Of a stretch of DNA of 64,000 bases, positions 12,660 through 24,324 are shown in pieces. The notes under the pieces are model-generated. The model saw nothing but the letters and a program-made list of their open reading frames with translations. It did not search any database and was not told the DNA's origin. Every line of letters begins with the position of its first letter. Position 1 is the stretch's first letter. A program made the translations under genes and the position numbers. Origin of the DNA: Leucoraja ocellata (taxonomy: Eukaryota); the NCBI GenBank assembly GCA_036785375.1, contig JAWMAR010000061.1:9052001-9116000 (forward strand), given 5' to 3'.

Positions 12660-13049
12660 GTACACAAAAATGCTGGAGAAACTCAGCGGGTGCAGCAGCA
12701 TCTATGGAGCGAAGGAAATAGGCAACGTTTCGGGCCGAAACCCTTCTTCAGACTGATGGGGGGTGGGGGGGAGAAGGAAGGAAAAGGGGAGGGGGAGGAG
12801 CCCGAGGGCGGGAGAAGGGGAGGAGACAGCAAGGGCTAGCAAAACTGGGAGAATTCAACGTTCATGCCATCCGGACGCAAGCAACCCAGGCGGAATATGA
12901 GGTGCTGTACCTCCAATTTCCGGTGTTGCTCACTCTGGCAATGGAGGAGACCCAGGACAGAGAGGTCGGATTGAGAATGGGAGGGGGAGTTGAAGTGCTG
13001 AGCCACCGGGAGTTCAGGTAGGTTATTGCGGACTGAGCGGAGAGAACTA
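12660..13049 (-). mobile_element. 5'-truncated Penelope-like element (GIY-YIG endonuclease C-terminus plus terminal repeat) with 15-bp TSD
   Basis: Minus strand translates LRSVRNNLPELPVAQHFNSPSHSQSDLSVLGLLHCQSEQHRKLEVQHLIFRLGCLRPDGMNVEFSQFC*; TSD aatctactcctttag at 12645-12659 and 13050-13064. Confidence 0.9.
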
Positions 13050-13285
13050 AATCTACTCCTTTAGTTGTCTTCAAAACCTCAATTAGATATCCCCTACTTC
13101 TCTACATTCAAAGGAACAAATTTGTAGGATGCACAACTTCTCCACTAAGCATGACCCTTTCAGTACTGATATGATGAGCTGAATCTCTGCTACATATATC
13201 CAGGCTGATTTGTTCTTCCTTTGGTCCATCAGCCAGATCTGAACATAGTTACTCTAAATGGAGCCTGATTGTAGATCAACTGTAG

Positions 13286-13860
13286 ATGGTGAGACCACAC
13301 CTGGAGTATTGCGTACAGTTTTGGTCTCCTAATCTGAGGAAAGACATTCTTGCCATAGAGGGAGTACAGAGAACGTTCACCAGACTGATTCCTGGGATAG
13401 CAGGACTTTCATATGAAGAAAGACTGGATAGACTCGACTTGTACTCGCTAGAATTTAGAAGATTGAGGGGGGATCTTATAGAAACTTACAAAATTCTTAA
13501 GGGGTTGGACAGGCTAGATGCAGGAAGATTATTCCTGATGTTGGGGAAGTCCAGAACAAGGGGATACAGTTTAAGGATAAGAGGGAAGTCTTTTAGGACC
13601 GAGATGCGAAAATCATTTTTTACACAGAGAGTGGTGAATCTGTGGAATTCTCAGCCACTGAAGGTAGTTGAGGCTAGTTTGTTGGCTATATTTAAGAGGG
13701 AGTTAGATGTGGCCCTTGTGGCTAAAGGGGTCAGGGGGTATGGAGAGAAGGCAGGTATGGGATATTGATTTGGATGATCAGCCATGATCATATTGAATAG
13801 CGGTGCAGGCTCGAAGGGCCGAATGGCCTACTCCTGCACCTATTTTCTATGTTTCTATGT
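13286..13860 (+). mobile_element. Young CR1/HER1 LINE 3' end
   Basis: 160-aa ORF2 C-terminus (VRPHLEYCVQFWSP...FFTQRVVNLWNS), then 3' UTR gggccgaatggcctactcctgcacc and a (ttctatgt)n tail. Confidence 0.95.
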
Positions 13861-14759
13861 AACTGAACCCAATCATGTCTATCCATGTTGTGCAATTTTC
13901 CTGCAAGAGACTTAAGGATTGTGCTCAGGATCAGGCAACATATACATTCAGCTTTCACCCAGGGCCGGTGAAACTCATTACAGCTGAAATCAGATCAGCA
14001 AGCCCAGAGCAGGGACTGCAACCATGACCTGCACTGTATGGCTTAGAGTCTTACTTGGTATTCTGTGTGGTGGTTTTTCATACAGATCCTCCACACAATA
14101 ACAACCTGCAACCTTTTTCTGAATTAAATATGACAAAAGTTGTGCACCAATTATTATTCTGCACCATTAAAGAAATGTATAGCAAGAATGCAGATATTTC
14201 TGTGTGAAACCAAAGCAGTGCCGGATTGTGGGAAACCAGTTGTTTGCTCTTCTGTTTTAGTTAGATATGAAAAAAATCTGTGGTAGTAGAACAGAGAATT
14301 CTTCAGGCAGGCCGGTCGGTCAACATCTCTAATGACAAACACAGCACCCTTTATCTCACTTTTATTTGTGGTATCCTGTGTGTAAAATGGCTCCTCATTT
14401 GCCTGCATGACATTAATTGTACTTTGCAGCATTTGTTGTATACAAGTTCCTTTGAGGCACGGTAAACTACGGTAAATATTTACAGACATGTTTCGTATGC
14501 AGTCCTTAATACACTGGTTATCAAACACAAGTGGGCCATACTTGAGTATACCAACAATGGCCAACACAGACACTTAATTGCAACATGAAACCACTGCAAC
14601 ACTTTAATAAACTGAATAGAATCAGGTTTACCTTACACATTGTGCCAAACTTAATCTCCTCCGAATAACATACACTCCTATCAAATTTGGCACTGGAAAA
14701 ATGAATTGATCATTAGTGAAGGTAATAATAAAACCTACATTTCCACAGCACTTTTTACA

Positions 14760-14990
14760 ACTGCATCAGGAGACATTTCACAACTAGTCAAATAATTTTT
14801 ATAAGCAGTCACTCTTGTAATCTGGAAAAACAATTTGGGCACAACTATCTCGGAGAAACTATGAAATAATAACTGGGTAAAGTGATCTCCTTTGAGGAAT
14901 AAATATCGAACTGGGACAACCTGAACTCCTCTGTTCTTCAAATTGTTAATGGATCTTCTACACACACAAGAGGACAAATGAAGAATCTTA
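14760..14990 (-). mobile_element. Deu-domain SINE relic (SacSINE1/AmnSINE1-like), highly decayed
   Basis: Antisense similarity to recalled Deu-domain segments (gaggaataaatatcgaactgggacaacc, ctgttcttcaaattgttaatggatctt). Confidence 0.45.
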
Positions 14991-15983
14991 TCTGATCTAT
15001 TTGAATCCTCAACTTACTGCCGTATATGAATCCTCAACTTACTTATATAGGCATAAGCATATATTCATTAATGTAGGGCATAGAACACTTTAAAATCTGA
15101 ATTCAGTAACCATAAAGGTTGTGCTTTCATAATGATACACTGGATGTAACACTTTCACTGAGGTTAGCAGGACAACTAATTCCACCAGTTTTTACTGCTT
15201 AAGGTTTAGAAGAATGAATGCTTTCTCCCTGGAGCCCTGGACTAATGTTCTTCAATGAAAATCTCCATATTAGAGATCTTCGCCTGTACATGCTACTGGA
15301 CTCGAGGAAAGTATTCTTTTGGTTTGGGCCTAAACTGTGTGCTCCAAGGGATGCAAGCATCCACCAACAGCATGCATGGTCAGCCCTAAGCAACAGAACG
15401 AGGCAACACGATGTGAGCGACCAGTACCTGTCGGCACGTGAGCCAGCGTGAGGGGGTTGTCAGGGATGGGGGAGATGTGTAGTGAAAGTGCACGGTGCTG
15501 GGTGGAGTGTGTACAATCCACAAACCATAACCCTGATGGACACATAGCCATTATTTCATTCAGTATCATGACTCTTACAGTGCCGTGCCTGCAACACTGG
15601 TTAATTTAATACTGATGAATACCACACACAATTTCAAATTCCATCAGGTTTTCACAGCTCTCCCATGTATGACAGGAGGAAAGACCAAGCTCGACAGTCT
15701 GATCAGCAGCTCGCCAGATATGGTGTGAAACTCATTTAAACACTGCTTAAATTAAATGGAAAATTGAAGGTACAATTACAGAGAAAACACAGGGCACTCA
15801 CAGCCTGCCTCCCAATATAATTGTTCAATTTACAAAACCCAGAGTCAAGTTTCTCACGTTAAAGGGAGAAGATTCAATATTTCTGCACAGTTCACATTTA
15901 ATCTGGAATCAGGTATCCTTATCAATAAATAAAACTTATGAAAGATCTGAATTATCCAACCAGCAACGATAATGCTGTCAAGA

Positions 15984-16038
15984 GAGTCTACACATACCCA
16001 CGCATGCACATACACAGAGTGAGAATGGTCTACACGCG

Positions 16039-16069
<31 letters not shown>

Positions 16070-16192
16070 GAGAATGGTCTACACACAACACACAGTCAGG
16101 TGGGTCTACACAAGAGAGAGAGACACACACAGAGTGAGAATGGTCTACACACGACACACTGTCAGGTGGGTCTACACAAGAGAGACAGACAG

Positions 16193-16223
<31 letters not shown>

Positions 16224-16258
16224 GAGAATGGTCTACACACGACAGTCAGTCAGGAGGG

Positions 16259-16292
<34 letters not shown>

Positions 16293-16348
16293 GAGAATGG
16301 TCTACACACGACAGTCAGTCAGGTGGGTCTACACAAGAGAGACAGACA

Positions 16349-16386
<38 letters not shown>

Positions 16387-16430
16387 GAGAATGGTCTACA
16401 CACGACACACAGTCAGGAGGGTCTACACAC
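15984..16430. repeat. Compound minisatellite: alternating gtgagaatggtctacacacgaca and gtcaggtgggtctacacaagagaga units interspersed with (CA)n
   Basis: Repeated units read directly; explains the spurious HTHT/CVCV ORFs. Confidence 0.95.
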
Positions 16431-17314
16431 CGCAGAACTCACTTGGTGAATTTGCCATCCCGTGTGACAGTGATCTGCACAGACCATGAGGTCGTGAGTT
16501 AAATCTCTTCACTCAGTTTCACAAGTATATCACAGCCAAGGCAGCAGCTGAGGCATTACAACCTATTCCATCAACCCTGACCTATGAGCAAGACAGGTTT
16601 CAGTCACACATCCAGCTCCTGATCACCATCTAACATGCCTGTGGACAGAATTCAACTTAGCTGTGATGGGTCACGAGTGATGAACCTCCCCACACAAACT
16701 ATCCAGGTTCACATTTTCACCCATGGTGAAGCTTAACGTAGACTTGCTCTCCCACCGGTACGTTGCAATCCTGGGACTAATAAACAGCCTGACCTGTTTA
16801 CAACCTCATAGGTGTGCCTGGTTCCAATGAAGTCATCAACCTGTGGTAGCTTGCACACTGAGCTCCACTTTTAGGTAATTTACCATACATCACCATGTTT
16901 TACCTCAATGCCTGTTTCTTGCGTTATTCCCATATCCCTTACTTCACTAAACATCCTGAAATCTAGTCAGCTCGGTTCTGAATGAACTCAGTGACTAGGT
17001 CTCCACAGTTCAGAATTCCAAGGATTCACTGCACTCTGTGTGAAGAGAATTTTCATCTCAGTCCGAAAGTACCAATTCCTGTGAGGTTGTGATCTCTAGT
17101 TCCAGTCTCTTCAGCCAAAGTAAACATTTTCCCCGTTGAACCCTGTAAGAATTTAGTAACTTCCAGACAGATCTTCTCCCAACAATTTGCTGGAAACACT
17201 CCGCAGCCCAGGCAACATTTGTGGAAATGGAAACAGAGTTAATAGGTCAGAGACTCTGTCAGAAAATCTACATTAGATAAATAAAAGCAGATGAAGCGAC
17301 TGCTTTGAGGAGTC

Positions 17315-17850
17315 ATGATCACATTGAATGGCGGTGCTGGCTCAAGGGGCCGAATGGCCTATTCCTGCACCTATTGTCTATTGTTCAGAGGTGACTTTGA
17401 GCTTCCAGTTGCTTGTTGCTTTGATTCACTAAACTGTTCCCACCCTGGCCTCAAGCTTCTGCTGGGCCTCCTGCATGTCCCACACTCACTCCGCAAAATT
17501 AGGGCACATGGTATTGGGGGTAGAGTGCTGACATGGATAGAGAAGTGGTTGGCAGACAGGAAACAAAGAGTAGGGATTAACGGGTTCCTTTCAGAATGGC
17601 AGGCAGTAACTAGTGGGGTACCGCAAGGCTTGGTGCTGGGACCGCAGCTATTTACAATATACATCAATGATTTGGATAAAGGGATTCAATGTAACATTAG
17701 CAAATTTGCAGATGACACAAATGGGTGGCAATGTGAACTGTGAGGAGGATGCTATGAGAATGCAGGGTGACTTGGACAGGTTTGGGGAGTGGGCAGATGC
17801 ATGGCAGGTGCAGTTTAATGTGGGTAAATGTGATGTTATCCACTTTGGCC
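17315..17850 (+). mobile_element. Composite: CR1 3' tail (17315-17385), Penelope GIY-YIG relic (~17390-17485) and CR1 RT fragment (17490-17850)
   Basis: ORF 17315-17743 joins [26 protein letters not shown] (Penelope-like) to KIRAHGIGG...[14 protein letters not shown]...KFADDT (CR1 RT). Confidence 0.8.
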
Positions 17851-19667
17851 ATCAAGAGGATAAACATACAAGGAGAAAAATTCAGACCTATTGAAAAGCG
17901 GCTGGTGGGTGGTCTGGTTAGTGACATGAACATTGGTCGAATTGTTAAGGAGGAAGGTTGTCAAAGAATAAAAAAGGATATAGATAGTCCCGATCTCCCA
18001 ATCTACCTCATTGTAGACCTTGCACTTTTTTATCTGCACTTTCTCTGCATTGTAATATATTTTGCACTCTAGATATTTTTTTTCTTTGATTGTACTCATG
18101 TAATCTAGGATTTGCTTGGATTGCACGCAAAATAGGCGTCACAGACATTTGTATTGAAATCTATTTGTGATATTGTGCTAAATTCCAACATACCATTTGC
18201 CCCCTAATTGCCTGCTCCAAAGGCACAGTCGCATTCGCAGCCACCTGCGCACCTCATGGGTACTTTCAGCATTCCGTGCTTTCTTGAATTACTGAGCTCT
18301 TAAAGAAAGTAGCTTTTGACAATCTCAACGTGTGGTGACTGGAGCGGAGTCTGAAAGCCCCACAAATGGGGGCAGGATTCGCAAAACTGAATGGAGCCAA
18401 TGCAAGTAAAGCATCAATATATGACTGTCTGCTTCTCTTGAATGACTGTAGTGTGCTGCAAGTGTGAGCAGCACTTTCTGTGGTGAGAAACTTCTGCAAG
18501 GAGTTTTTAATTGAAAGTTAGCACCCAGTAACGTCATCAGCACCTCTTAACGAAGAAAGACTATGCCAGTTTAGATTTGGTAAGATTTCAGTGAGGAGGC
18601 TCACAGTGATACACAGGCACCACAGAGGTTTAGGTACACAAATTACTCCTGGAGCAGCTAGTGGGATACAGTTGTCTGCTGAGTAACCTTCCCCTCCCTG
18701 CATTCCCTCAGCTCATTCTCCCACTTGCAAGGAGAATGGCTACTGGTGCAGTGTGTGTAGAACAGCACTGGCCCTGCTGTTCCCCATGGACCTCTGAAAC
18801 CTGAATAACCCAAGGAGACATCAAATAGGAATTAACCGCAACTAACCTGTGTTCGGTAGTGCTTGCTAAAATGTTGTTCGCTGCACAATATCATAAATGG
18901 TCCGCCTTAAGTGCAAGCTCTCATTGTCTTCCACAGGCGCTGCCTGACTAGCTGAGCATTTCCAGCCTTTGCTGTTTTATTTAATATCTAACATCTGCAG
19001 AGTTTTATTTCTGGATCAAGTCTGCTTTACGCACCCTGACCAACACAGCATTCGGTGCTACCCCCATGTGTGGATACATTGGGGATCTAAAGAAATAACA
19101 TGTGGCTCCGACATATTCCTTCCCACTCCCACTCCAGACTTTGGCCTCAGTTACTGCACTGTGCATGTTGCAGCCGGTTTCAGATGCAGGGAGCAGATTA
19201 GATTCTTCAACAATTGACAAATGCACAATATCAGTTTGCATTGGTAGAGTCCAGTGAAACCTGGCACATTTGTAAATATGTATGGGCCAAAGGGAACAGA
19301 TAGATAGATACAGTGGCGGACTGGGTCTAAATATATTGGTTGCCAGGAGACAAAGGGGGTCTACTTCATCAGGGGCCCACTTGCCATCGGGCAAGCTGAC
19401 ACCCTGGCCAGTCCGTCACTGGATAGATACAGTCAAATCCACACAACTGAATTACAAATGTGGAGGGACTAAAGGAGGCAACATGCATTGTGATACTGAA
19501 GGGGTAGTACAGTCATCAGGTTTGGAGTGGGGCTCAGAAACTAAATCTGCAGTTAGCATAGCACAAAGATTCAAAGTGAGAGAGGTGGTTCCAACCTACA
19601 TTGCCCTCAGCTATGTTCATGCTGGTGAAGGATACAACCAAAGATAACACTTCACAATAGCACCCAC

Positions 19668-19979
19668 CTGCTACTGTCATCCGTGCAGTCCTGCTCACGA
19701 TTGTGCCCAGGTTGTCGATGGTGGCCACACACTGATAAAATCCCTCGTCAGGTTTGTGGTGCTTCGAATGTACCACACTGTGTATCAACAGTGAACCTTC
19801 TGGAAGCATCTGTCTGCGTTCATCTGAAATTAGATGAATTCCATCTTTTCTCCATTCAATTCTGGCCTTGGGTTCAGCGAAGACTGAACAGTTCAGTATA
19901 ACTGATGCTCCTCGTATCGCGAGCGTGTCTGCTGGCTCCACCGTGAAGTAGAAAAGTGTGAATCTTCGGCCGACAGTTT
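19668..19979 (-). CDS. NEO1: Neogenin coding exon 2 (first Ig domain), 312 bp, phase 1-1
   Basis: Encodes (E)[31 protein letters not shown]...WRKDG...[34 protein letters not shown](G); acceptor ttcattttttggtag, donor G|gtgggtg; FYFxVEP and YQCVAT match NEO1 rather than DCC; ADPGK is the neighbour, as recalled for human. Confidence 0.95.
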
Positions 19980-20117
19980 CTACCAAAAAATGAAGAAGAG
20001 AAGTCACCACATAATCTTGTAAAATACACACTATTGTCTGGAAATTCAGACCCCAGTCAATGTAGTTAGATTAAAGCATTGTACTCATCTCAAAAATTCA
20101 TCAATGCATTGCATGTC

Positions 20118-20210
20118 ATAGAAACATAGAAAATAGGTGCAGGAGTAGGCCATTCGGCCCTTCGAGCCTGCACCGCCATTCAATATGATCATGGCTGGTC
20201 ATCCAACTCA
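20118..20210 (-). mobile_element. CR1/HER1 3' tail fragment
   Basis: catagaaacatagaaaataggtgcaggagtaggccattcggccc is the reverse complement of the tail at 13800-13860. Confidence 0.85.
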
Positions 20211-20495
20211 TGTCATAGGCAGATTGCAATGTGTTAATGCAAGTATCTAACTGCAATTGCGGAAGCACACAGTATCATCACACGATCCCCAGGGTGAGAC
20301 TGAACATTCAGGGTCTGCCAGGGGAGGTAAATCACATCCCCACTCGTTGTGAAGGATGGATACTAGAAGTGCACAAGATGGAGTTAGATACATTGTGAAC
20401 GATTGGGCCAAGGAAAACTAACACTGAAGAGGATTTGCAATAGAACAGACCAGCCATGATCATTATGAATCGTGGGGGCAGATTCGAGTGGCCAA

Positions 20496-20715
20496 AGACA
20501 CTAAGTGCCGGAGTAACTCAGTGGGTCAGGCAGCAACCCTGGAGAACATGGATAGGTGACATTTCAGGTTGGCACGCTTTTTCAGACTGATCAGTCTGAA
20601 GAAAGGTCCTGACCTGAAACATCACCTATCCATGTTCTCCAAGGATGCTGCCTGACCTGCTGAGTCACTCCAGCACTTTGTCTTTTTTTGTAAACCAACA
20701 TCTGCAGTTCGTTGT
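20496..20715. mobile_element. Palindromic (inverted dimer) element derived from Penelope ends
   Basis: Two ~90-bp inverted arms around the perfect palindrome ttcagactgatcagtctgaa (20581-20600). Confidence 0.85.
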
Positions 20716-20795
20716 TTTTATATTTTGCCTGCTTTAACTTTTAGGTTCTTGTGTTATATTCAGGAACGATACCCCAGGAAGAGTCAATACCCCAT

Positions 20796-21335
20796 GTATT
20801 GTATTGTATTGTATTGTATTCAAATTTATTGTCATTGTCCCAATTTGGGACAACGAAATGAATTTCCCTTACAGGCAGTATCATAAAAAAATCACAAAGA
20901 AATAATAAAAATAAATAATAAATAAATAATAAAACATTAAAAATAAAATTGAAATTGAATTAAAATGTAAAAAAAAGCACAAATACAGAAGTCCACGACA
21001 CAACATAACATAAATGGCACCAAGGTGAGGATGGCACCATAGTCCAGCCAGCCTCCCCTCCATGTTCATCCGTGGTCGGGGCCTTCCGAGCACCCGCAGT
21101 CGCCGCCCCGTGTGGCCCGATGTTCAGGCCCTCACGCCGGGCTGGTGGAACGCCGACGCCGAACCCCGACGGTGAGCATCTTCCTCCTCAGCGGCCCGGA
21201 CCTCCTGATCAGCCGCCTCCCGCTGCCAGAGTCTGCAGCTCCTGAGTCCACAGGCCGAGCCGGGCAGAGTCACAGGACCCCGCGTTGTTAGTCAGCGCCG
21301 CCCGCGTTGGGAGCTCCGCAAACCGCAGACCATGG
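20796..21335 (-). mobile_element. Young unclassified retro-insertion with CpG-rich body, AATAAA and (AATAC)n tail
   Basis: (tattg)5 at 20796-20820 followed by tttatt (minus-strand AATAAA), an A/T-rich segment and an unmutated CpG-rich body; agagtcaata repeated at 20780-20789 and 21336-21345. Confidence 0.65.
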
Positions 21336-21384
21336 AGAGTCAATAACATCTTCATGTAAAGAATAACCCAATGGAGAAGGGACT

Positions 21385-22060
21385 AAAATTCCTAGGGGTA
21401 CCAACTGGCACATAGTTTCCTGAAAATGGCAACACAGGGAGACAGGGGGGTGAAGGTGGCATTTAGCGTTCTTGCTTTCATCGGTCAGGGCATCAGTAGA
21501 GGATGTGGAACATGGTGTTGGAACCAAACAAAACGTTTGTGAGCATCGTTCACAGTTCTGGTCCCCCAGACTTAAGAAGGACGGCATTGAGCTGGAAAGG
21601 GAGCGGAAAATATTGATGAGGATGCTACCAAGACTGGAGGGTTTGAATTATAAGGAGAGGTTGGATAGACTGGGACTTTTTTCCCTAGAGCGTAGGAGGC
21701 TGAGGGGTAACCTTATAAGATGATGAGGGGTGTAGATAATGTGGATGGTCATAGTCTTTTTCCCAGGGCAAGGGAGTCAATAATTAGGTATAGATTTAAA
21801 GTGAGAGAGGAAAGAATTATAAGGGACCTGAGGGGCAACTATATCATAGTGTGGAGTGGGTAAATGGAATGAGCTGCCAGAGGAAGCCGGAGAAACAGGT
21901 ACAATTACAACATTTAAAAGATATTTGGACAGATGCAAGGATAGAAAAGGATTAGAGATACGACTCAAATCCAGGCAAATGGGACAAGCTGAGATAGACT
22001 TTGGTCAGCATGGAGGAGCTGGGCCGAATGGTCTGTATTTGTGCTGTCTGCCTCTACAAA
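21385..22060 (+). mobile_element. Degenerate CR1 LINE 3' part
   Basis: QFWSPRLKKD..ELER...LEGLNYKERLDRLGLFSLERRRLRG and WNELPEE..E.GTITTFKRYLDR remnants plus gggccgaatggtctg tail. Confidence 0.85.
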
Positions 22061-24324
22061 TTTAAGAGGGAGGCAAGGATGCAGAAACTGATTATGAAGG
22101 AATTTTAAAAATAATGAAGGAGACAAAGAGGTGGGATTCAAAGCTGGTTCACAGTGAAAGAGAGAATGAGTGGTTTAATAATCTGGAACAGAAGCAAGAT
22201 ATCTAAGCAGCCCATTAAATCAGAGCAAATGGTTTCTTCACACAAGCTCACATCTCCTCCCACTGACCTGCACTGTAAATTAACAACTCTAACTTCAATG
22301 TCTCTGACATATCATTGTTTCTCGCTGCTTGTCTTTGCCAGCACTCTTCAGGGAAATCTACCTGGGAATAAGCAACATCCACAATTCCTTCTCGGAAATT
22401 GCAAGCATTAGAAAATGACAAAGACTCTGACAAACCCCACTGTACAAGGAACATGGGATATTTTTCCCTTTCCTTGCTTTCATGCCAAATGGATGCCATT
22501 TCATCAAAATCATCTATATCGAACCACTGGAGATGAATATTCAGCCCAGTATTGCAATGTGCCGCATGTTTCTAATCTACAAGCTGAGGCCGCATGTCTT
22601 TAATCTACAAGCTGCCACTGTGATGTGAACTGCTACATTTGCAGCTTGTCGTAGCACAGGGCCTGTAGGGATGGATCCAAACATCAGGTAGAGAGGAGCA
22701 AGGTGACAGGAGCTAGGTTTAAAGGAGACATGCAGGGCCTGGAACGTGCTGCTGGGGTTGGTGGTGAACGCAGATATGATAGTGGCGTTTAAGAGACTAT
22801 GAGATTGGCACATAGATATACATAGAGTGGAGCGATATAGATCATGTCAGGCAGAGCAGACTTGTTTTACTTGGCATCATGTCGGCATGGCCACTGTGGG
22901 CCAAAGGTCCTATTTCTGTGCTTTTCTATGTTATATGTTCCAGCAACCCTGGTGTGGTGGAAAATATACATTCAGAATGGACCAAACTCAGCCACTGCTG
23001 ACCACAGCATCACACGAGAAACTGACACAGAGCTGTGGTGTTCAAAGGCTAGTTGAGTAGAAACCGAACAGTTCATCATCCATGTGATCAGAGTGCTCCG
23101 ATCCAGACACATGGACCCTGGGCTGAAACCAACAATATCACACCCACTGCCACTCCACCCATTCCAGCCAGGAACTGTGTAACTCCCCAGATGCCACAGC
23201 AACTTCCTAATACCCCAAAAGATGCTACACAAATGTATAGCTCTCCTTTGCCAAAAATTGTTCTTTTGACAGGCAATAAACAGGCATTTCAGTCAGGAAA
23301 CAGCGATCTGCTTAACTGCACCCCTCAGATTCTATCTCTATCCTTCATAAGGACTTGTGACGTCTGCTATTGTCTAAGTTTTATCACAGGGGCCAGATCT
23401 ACTGCAGGAGAGACAGACATTCCAGCCAGCCCTATGGTTTCCAAAACATTACAGATCTAATTGCAGGAAAATAGCAAGTTTTATCACACACACAAAAACA
23501 AATTAATTAGAAATCAAATAGTTATGCAGGAAGGCTGCAGCAAGCCCTGGAAATCCCTGATGCCAAGATCAGCTTCCACCCATTCCTGCCCCTTGCCCTG
23601 GACCTTCACCGCACAGCTCTCTGTCATTGGCCCCCTCCCTGCCTGTGCAATCCAGCTCCACCTTATGCCTTTGCCAAGCTTGGTCTTGTGGGGTGCAATG
23701 ACAGGCTGGTGCCAAGAGCCATGGATGCAGTGATTGACTGGGACTGATAGCCAGGGGTTAGCCATGGGCTGAGACCAAGGAGGAGAGCATGGATGAGCCA
23801 AGTGAGCTGTGAGGTGCCAGGAACAAGAACTTGGGGATATGAGAAAGGCTGTGGACAGTGCACTCAGCCCAGAGGAAAGGACGGAGGGCAATGATTTCTG
23901 TCCAAAATAGCACTAATTGGAAGAGGGTGGCTGTATTGATGCAGCTGCTGACATTGGCCATTGCTGATAGGATCTCTCCAGGACGTGACATGCAGTGAAT
24001 AGGGCTGAGTGTCTGTCACAGCAGAGCTCAACAATGCTGGAACACACAGAGTGACTTCCGCTGGCCACACTCTATTAGACTTGTGCTGATGTTTGTTTTC
24101 AATACACATTTCCTCTCCACGTGCATATGCCATTGAAATTGGTGAGTTATTGCATGGGAAACAGGAAATATTCCATTAATATTTCCTTCCACACCTCTTA
24201 GCAATCTAAACGAGTGTAAAGTCCTGTCAAAACACACACAGCCCTTCCGAACATTCACCAATAATCTAAAAGCATTGCATTTAGCAACCAGAGCTTCACA
24301 CACACACACACAATCCACAGGTCA

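Noticed and set aside
15938-16449. Repeat-spacer-like array (CRISPR-like look) and His/Thr-rich ORFs
   Set aside because: Spacers are (CA)n or themselves repeated; eukaryotic intronic minisatellite with no cas genes
19534-20031. Calling the Ig exon DCC, or treating the ORF as a standalone gene
   Set aside because: Diagnostic residues (FYFxVEP, YQCVAT) and ADPGK linkage indicate NEO1; the ORF ends are intronic read-through beyond the splice sites
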